Both the position numbers and the translations under genes were made by a program. Positions 1 to 10,773 of a stretch of 64,000 bases of DNA are shown piece by piece. Position 1 is the stretch's first letter. Every line of letters starts with the position of its first letter. Source of the DNA: Tubulanus polymorphus (lineage: Eukaryota; Animalia; Nemertea); NCBI RefSeq assembly GCF_964204645.1, contig NC_134028.1, forward strand, positions 18,793,653-18,857,652, written 5' to 3'. The notes under the pieces were generated by a model, which had not been told where the DNA came from, did no database searches, and saw only the letters and a list, made by a program, of their open reading frames with translations.

Positions 1-4
1 ATAA

Positions 5-747
5 ATGGAAGGAGGTAAAGTATATGAAAGAATAAAAGCTGATAAAGAAATCAATGATAATTTATATTATGTAATACCTTATAAAAGAATAAATGAATAT
101 ATTGGAACATTTTTATTAAATGAATTAAATCAATACAAAGAATATTTAATTGAACGTAATAATGATATAAATAAAAAAGATAATATTAATGATAATATAG
201 ATAATATACCTTCTACATCAAATAATGTTTTACCTTCTATATCAAATAATGAAATAATATTAAATATTAGTGAAAATAGAAATTATTGTGATTATTGTAA
301 TGGTGAATTTTCAAACTTTCCATCAAATTGGAATAATCACATGAATACAAATGTACATATTACTAATGTTATAGAACGTGTTGGTATAAGAGAATTTATA
401 GAACACCCATTTAAATATGTTACAAAGTTTGTTTCAAATAAAAAAGTAAATGGTAAAGAATTATATGAAGATTTATTATTAGCAAAACCTAATAAAGATG
501 AATTAGATTTAACAGATACTAATAAAATATTAGAATCAAACATTGTCAATGAAATATTAGGAAAAAACACTAAGAAAGATGATAATGAAACTATAGTTAC
601 AGTATTGATATTAAAGATAATGTGGATACATTTTTTACGAAAGATAAAGTAGTAACTATTGATGATGTGGTAAAAAGGATGAATAAGTATAACAATAATG
701 AAGAATTTGAAGAAGATTCGGTAGAGAGTTTGGAAATATTTTGTTAG
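5..747 (+). pseudogene. Polinton ORF with one C2H2-type zinc finger; probable frameshift near 600-650
   Basis: ORF 5-652 contains YCDYC...NHMNTNVH; another frame stays open to TAG at 745-747; ATAAATG start context. Confidence 0.5.
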
Positions 748-804
748 GGTATGATATTGAAAGTGATTAACATATTAATTATATTTAACTCAAATAATAA
801 TATT

Positions 805-1135
805 GGATGAAAATTGTATAAAATAATAGTAAATAAAAAAAGGGGTTTTAAGTATTTATGTATCTAATACATATCTAATACATATCTAATACATATTATT
901 TGAAAATACCTTAAATTGTATATTTTTTTTTAAATTTATATTGAAACCTCAGTAATAATAAATAACCTTTATTATTTTCAAACTTATTCATATATTAGTT
1001 GAAAAAATAAAAATAAATTGGTTGAAAATTGTATGAATAATATTTATTTTAAAAAAGGGGGTTTTAAGTATTAATGTATCTAATACGTATCTAATACATA
1101 CCTAATACATACCTAATACATAAATACTTAAAATA
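805..1135. repeat. Duplicated intergenic block with 12-bp TATCTAATACAT tandem repeats, between convergent ORFs
   Basis: ~808-895 and ~1023-1125 share TGAAAATTGTAT...AAAAAGGGGTTTTAAGTAT followed by 3-4 copies of TA(T/C)CTAATACA; second block is bracketed by inverted TTTTAAGTAT/ATACTTAAAA. Confidence 0.75.
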
Positions 1136-1137
1136 TC

Positions 1138-1758
1138 TTATTCTATAAACTTATATTCATATGGAAATTGAAGCCTCAGAAGTAATTTTGAACCTTTATT
1201 ATTCTTTAATTTATTCATATATTCATCATGTAACTCAGTAGGTATAATTTGATTTTCTTCCAATGATTGTTGCATAGATTTTCTATCTTTGTTATGAAAT
1301 AAAACTAGAAATCTTATATTCTCCCTAAAGTCTTTAACAATTGAATTATATTTTTGATTTAAAACCCATGTTGTTATCCCGAAATGTCTCCCAGAGAAAG
1401 CCAGATAACATAACTCACTTTCTATCACTTTTGAATCATGTAAATTTGCGCAATCATCTATAATGAATAATGTATTTAATCCTTTATAAGTATCAATTGC
1501 TATTTTAATACAATTATCTAAATTTTCTTTTACTGTTTTAGGATTTAATATAATAAACTTTTTCATCTTAACTATATCTCTATTATATGTTTTATTCATT
1601 TCATAAGTAGGACAAAATAATATTATATAATCAAAATGATTCTTATATATAGTTTCTAACAAATCTAATTTCTATCAAATGAAATGTGTTTTACCACAAT
1701 TGGTTACTCCAGTAACTAACATATTATGCGGTTCAAATATAGATAAATCTTTATTCAT
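1138..1758 (-). pseudogene. A32/FtsK-HerA-like DNA packaging ATPase
   Basis: True start ATG at 1758: MNKDLSIFEPHNMLVTGVTNCGKT (Walker A), then in-frame TGA TAG, then ORF 1138-1662 with Walker B LFIIDD, SGRH and VLNQ motifs. Confidence 0.9.
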
Positions 1759-1771
1759 TTATTTTTTTAAT

Positions 1772-2836
1772 TTAACTAGATAAAATCCATTCATTAAATT
1801 TATCATCTTATCCTTTATATTTCACCAAAGAATACTTTTTTCCTTTAAGAGTTTTTGTTTTCAATACTTTTTCTATTTTGTATTCTATTTCATCTGGATT
1901 TGGTACAAGTGATAATTCTTGTTCATAGAAATAACCTAATATTTCTTCATCTTTTAGATCTTCTAATTTATAAACAAATGGTTTAGTTAATATTATCTTT
2001 TTAATCTTAAATATTTCTTCTGTAAAATTAGGGGTATAACCTTTATAAAATGTTTTTCTATATTTAGATATTCTAACATGTTGTCCAATTTTAAATTTAG
2101 GATCACCGAAATCATGTGTAACAAATGCTCCATATAAATTATTCCAAACTATTTCTGAATTATCTTCTTTTCTAGCTTGTATAGGTTTCATATTTATAGA
2201 ACTATGTTTAGAATTATTATAACCTTTCACTAAATCACCTAACACATCGATATATTTATATGTTTCATTAGCAGTAAAATATTTCCACATTCTAGTTTTC
2301 AATGTTTTATTAAATCTTTCTATAATAGATGCTTTTTTATGTGAGTGTGTTGAAAAATAATCTACATCGTTATCAGATAATAGTTTTTAAAAATGTTTAT
2401 TATAGAATTCTTTACCTTCATCAAATTGTATCTTATCTGGAATAGCTTCTTTAAATATTGATTTAAAAGCATTTGTAACTTCTATACCAGTTTTATTTTT
2501 GATTGGAATTGACCATGCGTATCTACTGAATATGTCTATAACATTTAATATCCAGAAATATCCTTTGTTGTATTCCTCTAAGTTCTTCATGTCAATTAAA
2601 TCTGCTTGCCATTGTTGTTCGATATATGAAACCATAACTTTTCTTGTTAAATAAGTTTTATCCATTTTCTTGTGGATTTGATATGTTGGTTGATTTTGTA
2701 ACCATGATTTCAATTCGCTATATTTTATATTTTCTTTATCGGATTTAATTTTACCCCATAATTCTGAAACGTTAGAATATAATACTTCACTTTCTGGGTT
2801 ATAATATAAATCTCTTAAATATTGTTCTTTTTTCAT
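1772..2836 (-). pseudogene. rve-type (c-integrase) DDE integrase with C-terminal chromodomain
   Basis: WQADLIDM, IDIFSRYAW, IQFDEGKEF, IIERFNKTLK (D-D-E); chromodomain YKIEKVL...LVKYKG*DDKFNEWI; in-frame stops at 2387 and 1808. Confidence 0.93.
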
Positions 2837-2842
2837 CTTATT

Positions 2843-3306
2843 TTAATCCATTGATAATAATTTAGATTTAGTTTCAATGACTTTATGATTTGACTTATTT
2901 TCTGGTATGATAGGTTTATTATCATTGGAATCATTATTGTTATAATCAGATTTATACTTATATTTATATATTACACCGGATAATATAATAATTGTGATTA
3001 ACCCAATTGTAATATATAAGTAATTATTTCTTCCACTATTAGAAGAATCAGATGGATTGTTATTTGAATTAATATCAGATAATTTCTGTGGCTCATTTAT
3101 ATCAGTTAATTTCTTTTTCTTAGCTCTTTCAAATTCTGCAGATCTTTTACCTAATTCCCTATCCCATTTTATTTGTTTCTCGGATCTAACCTTTTTCTTA
3201 ACGCCATCACTAATTTATTTTAGTTAATTTTTGTTCTGATTCATTTTCTGTTTCGCCGTTTGGTTGTAGTACATCTGTTTCGTTCTTACCTGATTTTCAT
3301 TCCATA
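2843..3306 (-). pseudogene. Degenerate small Polinton ORF with basic helix and single transmembrane segment
   Basis: Manual translation: KKVRSEKQIKWDRELGKRSAEFERAK ... NYLYITIGLITIIILSGVIYKYK ... LLSMD*; stops and frameshifts. Confidence 0.5.
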
Positions 3307-3796
3307 GGTTTGATGTGACACCAGTAGAAATTAATGTCATAAGCGATCCTAATTGGAATGAAGCATACCCGATCCATTTTTGTAATTCAGTCATAACTAA
3401 GTAGTCATCTTTCAAATCACTATATAATTTATTTTCATCATCAATTGATATTTGCCGGTTACATAACTTTGAGTAACATTTGACAATACCATCTGAAATA
3501 GAATCATTTATTCTAGCTAATCTAGCTTCTTCATAAATCTTAAAATATTTTATTACTTTATCTGGTTTCATAGAGTCTAGTTCTTGAAAAGTTATTATTT
3601 TTCCCAAGAAATCCTTAGATTTCCCTCCAGCAATCAATAGTTCTAGATGATGCTTACAATATAAATAGTATTCATAATCAATATTGTTATTAACTTGAAT
3701 AGAATTAGAAACAACTGGATCCTTATTATCACTTATACCCAAATCATCGAATGTTTTTTCAATATCAATACTATTCTTACTCGATTTCTTTGACAT
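3224..3796 (-). CDS. Polinton hypothetical protein
   Basis: 190-aa ORF, ATAAATG start, collinear with the viral block. Confidence 0.6.
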   Translation of the reverse strand: MSKKSSKNSIDIEKTFDDLGISDNKDPVVSNSIQVNNNIDYEYYLYCKHHLELLIAGGKSKDFLGKIITFQELDSMKPDKVIKYFKIYEEARLARINDSISDGIVKCYSKLCNRQISIDDENKLYSDLKDDYLVMTELQKWIGYASFQLGSLMTLISTGVTSNLWNENQVRTKQMYYNQTAKQKMNQNKN

Positions 3797-4042
3797 TTAT
3801 ATTAGAGAAATTTAATAAGAAAAATATTATAAGTATTATAAAATGATACCAGTATCTCTTTAGATTAATACTAGCTTAGTTAAAGGTAAAGAATTTTAGT
3901 ATTAGTTATTGTTTTTTAGTATTTTTTATTTGTGATATAAAGTATTCTTTTTTGAAAAGAAAATATTAAAAAAACAATAACTAATACTAGCTAGTTGAAG
4001 GTATGTAATTTTTAATATTTTTCATTTAAATTATATTAATCT

Positions 4043-4606
4043 TTAACCGCTCATTAAAGATTCAACGTATTGTTCATTATTCGGATCATTGTTCCATTGA
4101 TCAATAAATTTCTTTGCCTTTGTTAACTGTTCTAAATATAACTGTAAATCTAGTTTATTAGATTTGATTTGATTTTCTTTCTTTTCAAGAGGTCTTCAAT
4201 TTTTCCAATTCCAAATAAGTTTTTTATTGTGTTCATCATTCATGTTAAATTTAGATATCGGTAACACATGATCAATATGGTAATAATCCCCATAATTATC
4301 TATGTTCATTTTATCGTCGAATTGAAATATAATCCATGATTTGAGAAATTCATCTGAACAACCCAACAAATTAGATAGTGTTTCTGAATGCGTTTCTTTG
4401 TTGAATAATTGTGTTAATCTAGATCTGGTATATAGTTTAGTAGAAGTTTTACAGCAATATTGAAAACCATCTTTGCTAATCTTACGCTTACTAAATTCTG
4501 TTAAAGCTAATTTATCTTATTCACACTTAGAACACTTCTTGTAGTATATATTTATAACACCAGTGTTATTTGTAATATTGATAGTTTGTGGTTGTTCTGG
4601 TTCCAT
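4043..4606 (-). pseudogene. Zn-ribbon plus HNH (EndoVII-like, NCLDV/prasinovirus-type) endonuclease
   Basis: Manual translation: KKCSKCE*...EFSKRKISKDGFQYCCK...LLGCSDEFLKSWIIFQFDDKMNIDNYGDYYHIDHVLPISKF...WNWKN*RPLEKKENQIKSNK; absent from ORF track because of stops and a frameshift. Confidence 0.75.
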
Positions 4607-4627
4607 TTATTATACATATTTTTTTAC

Positions 4628-4940
4628 ATATATTCATTCTGTAAATTCTGTAAAATAGAAACAACCGACATAAAATATCAAAACGTGTTCGCATGAGGCA
4701 AAAGCGCGCATACAGGCGCGCTTTTGCTTAATGCGCATGCGTTAATCATAATTATATATTCATTCTATAAATTCTGTAAAATAGAAACAACTGAACACAG
4801 AAAATTCAAACGTATTCATGTCCGCGTTACATGCGTCAGTCACATGCGGCCATTGATGTCCGCTTTTGCTTAATGCGCATGCATTAATCATAATTATATA
4901 TTCATTATGCAAATAGAAACGACTGAACATAAAAATTCAC
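4628..4940. repeat. Degenerate ~130-140 bp tandem repeat (about 2.3 copies) with GC-rich palindromes
   Basis: ATATATTCATT...AAATAGAAAC recurs at ~4628, ~4755, ~4897; CGCTTTTGCTTAATGCGCATGC twice; hairpin GCAAAAGCGCGC-ATACAG-GCGCGCTTTTGC. Confidence 0.75.
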
Positions 4941-5443
4941 CAAGCAGATTTACACAATACATTATACAAGTATGTTCAGTCGTTTCTTCCAATACATCAT
5001 TTGATTTCTATATATAAAATCTATAATTACAAACATTTTTTCAATTGCCGGTAAATATTTAACTACAACAACAAATGTTAAACTTAACCATTGGAGTCTT
5101 AATGTTTTTGAAATTCTTATATAGTTTCTTCTTCGATCTTTTGTGATTTTTGTGCTTCTACGACAATTTCTATTGGTTCGATATCCATTGCTGTTGATTC
5201 CTCAGTCAGAGAGAGTATCTTGAGTTTCTCTATCGCTTCTTGATGCATATGACGTTTTATTAATCTAAAAGATATTAGTGGTATCTAAAAGATATACTAA
5301 ATACACTTAAATATATCTAAAGGTTTCATATTTATTAGCCCTAATAACTACAAAAAACAGTACTTACATTTAGATTTAGAATTGTAAACTATAAACCCCT
5401 AATTGCGTTTCGAGAGATAGAATATCCTAAGCGTTATTTTGTA

Positions 5444-5594
5444 TCATCTATTCAGTTCCGGCGTGCTTTCTAGAATGAACACGTCTCCGATTATGACGCG
5501 TCATCTATTCAGTTCCGGTACACCTTCTAGAATGTTCTACACGTTTTCGATTATGACTCGTCATCTATTCAGTTCCGATACACCTTCTAGAATG
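5444..5594. repeat. Subterminal 57-60 bp tandem repeat (about 2.6 copies) with palindromic ATGAC(G/T)CGTCAT junctions
   Basis: TCATCTATTCAGTTCCG at 5444, 5501, 5561; TTCTAGAATG in each unit. Confidence 0.85.
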
Positions 5595-5966
5595 ATCTAA
5601 TGTATATGTCTCTGCAGCATACTATGACTCATATGTCTCAGCGTCATAGTAACAGCTGTGACAGCTGTGAATTTATAGATTTATTCCATAGCTCTTTACA
5701 TAAAATGTATATGGGCTCAAATAGAATCATGTTCTAGTATAAACAGCTATGTATTATATTATGTTTATATATGAATTATTTCAATCACACTTTACTAACA
5801 CTTTTAATGTTTAACTCATACATATATAAATATTGAAATAATGTTTAAAATATATCTTTATATCTATCTATAAGAGCTCACACTTTACTCACACTGTTAT
5901 ATTGAATAATCTATCAATTTATATGTTATTCATATATATTTTATTCATGTATATAAATATTTTAAG

Positions 5967-6197
5967 AGTAATAGGGGTTTAGTTGTTCTAGGTTAAAGGT
6001 TGAATGGTCGAGTTCATTAAAAACAAATATTAAAAGTAATTTAAAACTATAATATATTTTCATAGCCGTGTGTATTTTAGTTAAAAAATAGAATAATTAT
6101 TATTATTTGAATATATTTGATTATATGAATTTGTGTATTGTAAATAAATCAATTGGTCGCGGAGCGGAGCGGTAGCGAAGCGGAGCGACCAATTGAT
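5967..6197 (+). repeat. Copy of the left arm and apex of the terminal palindrome
   Basis: 5979-6197 matches 15146-15365 with two substitutions seen; begins AGTAATAGGGG, the reverse complement of the 15543 terminus. Confidence 0.9.
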
Positions 6198-7032
6198 CTA
6201 TTTAAATTGTTTCTGCGCATCAAATGAAGTGTTATCATTTCCAACTATTGGGGATCTTGTTTCAACTTGCACGCCTAAAATACAGATCAAATAAGTTCTA
6301 ATTGATTGATTTATTCTTTGTATTCCAGCTTTAGTAAAACCTTCACTATTTTCTAAAATGAAATTAATCCAACCATTATTGTTTTGTTGTTGTATATTAT
6401 TATAATATTGTGGTAATCCATTCCAATTTAGTGTTCTTATATCTGAATTTGTCATTATTTTTCCAAATTACTTAGTATAAAATATTCCTAATCCACCCAT
6501 TGTACCAATTTTTGATCTAAAATCATTATTTGAATTAATATTAAATTCATTACATATTTTATAAAACTTAGAAAAAATTGATATTATTATTGAGTTCATT
6601 AAAATATTTTGAACCTGGTAAAGGACATTCTAATTCATTTAATATTAATTTTGTTTGAAAATATGTATGAAATCTAAAGAGTGATAATATTAATGGTAAA
6701 CTTGGTTTGTTTAAATGATCATTCCAACTTATACCACAACCAGTTGTTGCACAATAAACAGCAAAATTTAATTGTTTCTGCCAATATTTCATATTAGATT
6801 TTAATAACCATTGTTTTGCCTCATTTAAATTTCTAAAATCAATTGTATACACATGAAATATATTTTCCACCTTAACATTAAAATAATTAGTTTCAGTAAC
6901 ATAAATATATAAATCAATTAATGAATTTAAAACTTCATTTCTATATGAAATATCTTTATTTAAATCTATTGCTGGAATATTATATTTAATTGATTTATTA
7001 TATTGGAAAGCTTTTGGAAAACTATCTACCAT
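6198..7032 (-). pseudogene. Conserved invertebrate Polinton/adintovirus hypothetical protein, frameshifted and 3'-truncated
   Basis: YWQKQLNFAVYCATTGCGIS, FRFHTYFQT, GFTKAGIQRINQSIRTY, FDAQKQF resemble an ORF family I recall from invertebrate Mavericks; cut off at 6198 by the repeat. Confidence 0.65.
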
Positions 7033-7442
7033 TTATATAATTAAAAAATTAATAATTTATTAATTCTTTTAATAATTTATCTTATTCTTCAACTGTTATA
7101 TGACCATTTAAACTTATTGTATAATCTAGTGTATTCTTTAATTTATTAATTTCTTTTATATTAGTTTTAATTTTTCTTTATTACTTTTTATATTCAATTT
7201 TGAACTTATACCAGTTAAAACACTTGAACTTAATCCTAATACACCAATTGATATAGCTAAAGGTGTTAATGGACTGAATATTGCTAAAAATGTTATTACA
7301 GAACTAATTGTAACCGAACCACTAATAATAAAATAATATATAATTTTACTTTTTAAATATTTTTTCTTTTTTATCTTTAAGTCACATTCAAATTCTAATA
7401 TTTGTTTTTCTAAATATGTTTTTAATTTAGTTTTATTTATAT

Positions 7443-8899
7443 TGTAGCGGAAATTCCTGTTAAATAGTTTAAAATGTTGTCGTTAATGTATAGTTTGTTT
7501 TTCCGCTACGGAGCCCTCCTCATTTTTTTTTTAATTGTAATGTTTTTGGGCGATAATTAGCTCGCCCCTTTCATTTCCCATTCTGTGCACCTCATTTTCT
7601 CTGCATATAGTAGTATAATTAATTTCAGCTTTTAATAATCAAAACTTTAGGTTGATCACTTTTCGCTCTCACCTTATTCTACTATGTAAGATCCCGATTT
7701 ACTATTTGTACAGTCGTCTAAACTTTTAAACTCGGAGCTTTTGCGCGGCGGCCATGTTTTTTGTGCTGTGTGACGTCATCCTCCATGCACGGTGACGTCA
7801 CACTGCGCGGAATCTATAAAAATGGGTCAGCGCGCGCAAACGTCACTCTCGTCTCGACCCACATTGATTTGAGGTAAACAATAACACGCGCTCTCCTGGC
7901 CTGGGGCAACCCAGGTCAGGCCGGGCTCTGACGTTAGTCAACTCGACGATATGTACCTATTTTTAATCCATCGGGAATAGTCAACCTGGCGGCTTTTTCC
8001 TTTTACCTTTTTACTTTTATGCCATGGCATGAGCATTATTTTGGGTCTTCGTGGGCCTAAATTTAGCGACCATTGAGTCATTAATCGTGGATTTTTGCAA
8101 GGAAGGAGAGATCCTTGCACTAGCCCTTTTATAGATTATAAATAATTTATAACTAAGATAGATTATGATTTATTTTGAAACAATTTATTTAACCCTTTTT
8201 TTTATTTGAATGAGGTGTACAATTCAATTATTGTGATAAAAACTTCACGTGCAATATGTAAATATGTATATAAATTATACAGTAGTTATTCGTTTCTGAA
8301 ATAATAATTTTCTATATTATTCAATACAAGACTTATCACTGTCGTGGGGGGTGGCTTCTGGACGAAGTAGGATCCACTTTCTTGAGGCCAGGTTTATAAA
8401 TCTTATTCTTAATGAAGTGGCGAGTGTCGGGGTGTCTTTAGACACATAGATGGGGGCAAGATACTACGCCAGGACGAGGAGATCGTGCAGGGAGGCACTC
8501 GATATGATGTTACACCTCGAGGACCTGAGGAAAAGATGCGCCGGAGCTCGGGTGACTGTGAGGTTCCGACATCGAGTCAAGGGCCCTGACTCGATAGACC
8601 TCATGGCGGACACCTGTCCTGTCTGGTCCGTGTAATTGGGTCAATAGCTAAGACTTACCTCTGACACTCGCTTCCTTCTCTCCTATTCCTTTTTTACGAA
8701 CTATAAACTTTTTGTCTCTGAAGCTGTCCATCCCTTCGGCGGAAACTTTCTGAGGATTTCCCCTTTGTAGTTCCACTCCCCGGGACTACAGGACCAAGGC
8801 GGACCCTGTAGCCACGCTTATTGAGGAGACCTGAAGATCACGACACCTATCGGTCGCTACCAGAGGATGACACTAAATCGCGGACGCGTACCGGCTACA
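7443..8899 (+). mobile_element. Solo LTR (Gypsy-like), 1457 bp
   Basis: TGTAGC...GCTACA termini, 4-bp TSD ATAT (7439-7442 and 8900-8903), abrupt GC rise, interrupts a Polinton ORF. Confidence 0.88.
7771..7849 (+). promoter_or_regulatory. LTR Pol II promoter: two CRE sites, TATA box, initiator
   Basis: TGACGTCA at 7771 and 7793, TATAAAA at 7815, TCACTCT at 7843. Confidence 0.6.
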
Positions 8900-8962
8900 A
8901 TATCATGAGGAATAATATCAATATTATCAACTTTATCATCCATTTATTTAGCAAAGAAATTA

Positions 8963-9385
8963 CTAATTAGTAAATCTATACGCTACAAATATAACAATAA
9001 CAGTTCCACCTAAAATCCATATTATTTCATATTTCTGTTGTTCTTTACTTGGGGTATAATAATCTGATAATTTAGGTTTGTATAGATGTAATTTTTCTTT
9101 ATTGGTTACCGCGTTATATAAACTCATTGCATCATCAACTGATTGAAAATCTCTATGTGAAATCTTCTGATCATATAATTCCTTGTTAATATAATCCATA
9201 TAGTTTTGTCTTTTTTCTCTATATTCTTCTGCAGCTTTATTGTATTTCTGTAATGTTAAGTTACGTCTTTTTTGTTCTGATAATGATCCATTTTTATCAA
9301 TATGTTTAAATAAATAACCACCACCAGTAAATGCTAAAGCGTTAACAATTGCCGATCCTATAATAGTTATAACTGCAGGAGCCAT
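8963..9385 (-). CDS. Small Polinton protein with hydrophobic N-terminus, coiled coil and C-terminal TM
   Basis: Intact 140 aa; IIGSAIVNALAFTGGGYLF N-terminus resembles small ORFs of invertebrate adintovirus-like elements. Confidence 0.7.
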   Translation of the reverse strand: MAPAVITIIGSAIVNALAFTGGGYLFKHIDKNGSLSEQKRRNLTLQKYNKAAEEYREKRQNYMDYINKELYDQKISHRDFQSVDDAMSLYNAVTNKEKLHLYKPKLSDYYTPSKEQQKYEIIWILGGTVIVIFVAYRFTN

Positions 9386-9409
9386 TTATTTAGTAAAATA
9401 ATTGCGCAT

Positions 9410-9631
9410 TTATATAGGAGGAATATATTTTTGTTTTTCCAAATAATCAATAGTTAAATTAGATAAAGTTACTGCCAACGTTAATTTTAAAATATCATTT
9501 ATATCAAATCTATCAACATTAACACTTACCATTTTAAATACTTTTTTTAATACCATTGAATAACCAACAGTTCCAACTGATAGTAATGCTCCATTATATA
9601 ATCCAGTTATTATCCACTTATTATAACTCAT
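9410..9631 (-). CDS. Small hydrophobic Polinton protein
   Basis: Intact 73 aa; ATG directly follows upstream TAA (TAAATG). Confidence 0.65.
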   Translation of the reverse strand: MSYNKWIITGLYNGALLSVGTVGYSMVLKKVFKMVSVNVDRFDINDILKLTLAVTLSNLTIDYLEKQKYIPPI

Positions 9632-9988
9632 TTATTTATCAAAAAAATTGCTATCTTCAAAATATTTAGTTAACTTATTTATGATTAATTCAACATTTAT
9701 TTCATTACTAGTTTCATTTGTATATATTTCAATTATTATTTTTTTAATATCATCGATGATAAAATCTTCATCTAATTCATAAAATCTTAAAGATTCTCTA
9801 ATTAAATTAGTAATCTTTTCTACATTTAAAGTTTCTTTATCTATTGTTGTTTCATACTCAAATGTTGTTTCATTAGAAAATGCAATATTTTTGATATGTG
9901 TTATTACATCAGTAATGTTAAATTTCATTTCTTTCTCACGCTTAAAATCGAACCCAAAACATATACTCGGTCCAACAGTTATTTTCAT
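9632..9988 (-). CDS. Polinton hypothetical acidic protein
   Basis: Intact 118-aa ORF, ATAAATG start, abuts next ORF. Confidence 0.6.
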   Translation of the reverse strand: MKITVGPSICFGFDFKREKEMKFNITDVITHIKNIAFSNETTFEYETTIDKETLNVEKITNLIRESLRFYELDEDFIIDDIKKIIIEIYTNETSNEINVELIINKLTKYFEDSNFFDK

Positions 9989-10004
9989 TTATATAATGAA
10001 AAAA

Positions 10005-10756
10005 TTACTCTTTACATCTTATAACTAATTCATAAATTACAGGAAAGTTATTCAAATCAATTAAATATCCATTGTGATTTCTTACTTCTAATTTAAAATT
10101 ATTAAATTGAGGAAAACAAGGTTTAAAATCACATTCAGCTAAATTATAATTTATCTATTGTTTAACATTGTTCAATGGTAAAATATTAAATATACTAGAA
10201 TTACATGTTGTATCTTTAGTTGCTTCAAATGTTTTTGTAGGATCAAATAAATTGCAATAAATATAAAAGTGTGTAAAAGGTATTATATTTAAAATGCCTT
10301 CTACGTTTACTATAACAACATCTGGTGCAATTCCTACCAATTTAGCTAATGGTTTTTTTACTATAAATGCATGTTGACTTTCATCAAATACCTTTATTTT
10401 AATTTTATTTGTGCTATCACTTTTTATAAATCTAATTAAAAATTTATCATCTTTTCTAATTTTCTTAACCGTGCTCTTCGATTAATTTCTTGAGATAATG
10501 TTTCTAAATCATATAATCCTGGTTTTAAAATTAGATGAAACCATTTATTTACATTTCTAATATGAATTAAAAAAGTATTATGTTCAATAGTTTTATTCGA
10601 TATATTGTAAAAAGAATTACATAAACCTATATTAACTAAATTTAAATCAACACAATTCTTGAATTCTCTATCTAATTGTATAAGTAAATTATGAGATTTA
10701 TAATTTGAAAGTTTTCTTGAATCAACAAATATTCTGTATTCTTTTAATTCTACCAT
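10005..10756 (-). pseudogene. Minor capsid protein (penton)-like, frameshifted
   Basis: IFVDSR, NSFYNIS, LKPGLYDLETL, FYIYCNL, IFNILPL, LEVRNHNGYLIDLNNFPVIYELVI across ORFs 10436-10756, 10155-10340 and a downstream frame. Confidence 0.7.
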
Positions 10757-10773
10757 TTATTTTACATATTTTC

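Larger units (their letters stand above)
7049..8943 (-). pseudogene. Small two-TM Polinton ORF split by the solo LTR
   Basis: MDDKVDNIDIIPHD (from 8943) joins INKTKLKTYLEKQ...IISGSVTISSVITFLAIFSPLTPLAISIGVLGLSSSVLTG (from 7442 leftwards) once the LTR and one TSD are removed. Confidence 0.7.

Noticed and set aside
4628-5594. CRISPR-like repeat/spacer appearance of the two arrays
   Set aside because: Only 2-3 units, the intervening sequences resemble each other, eukaryotic viral context, no cas genes.
7938-8635. Short ORFs inside the LTR
   Set aside because: No gag/pol motifs; chance ORFs in GC-richer sequence.
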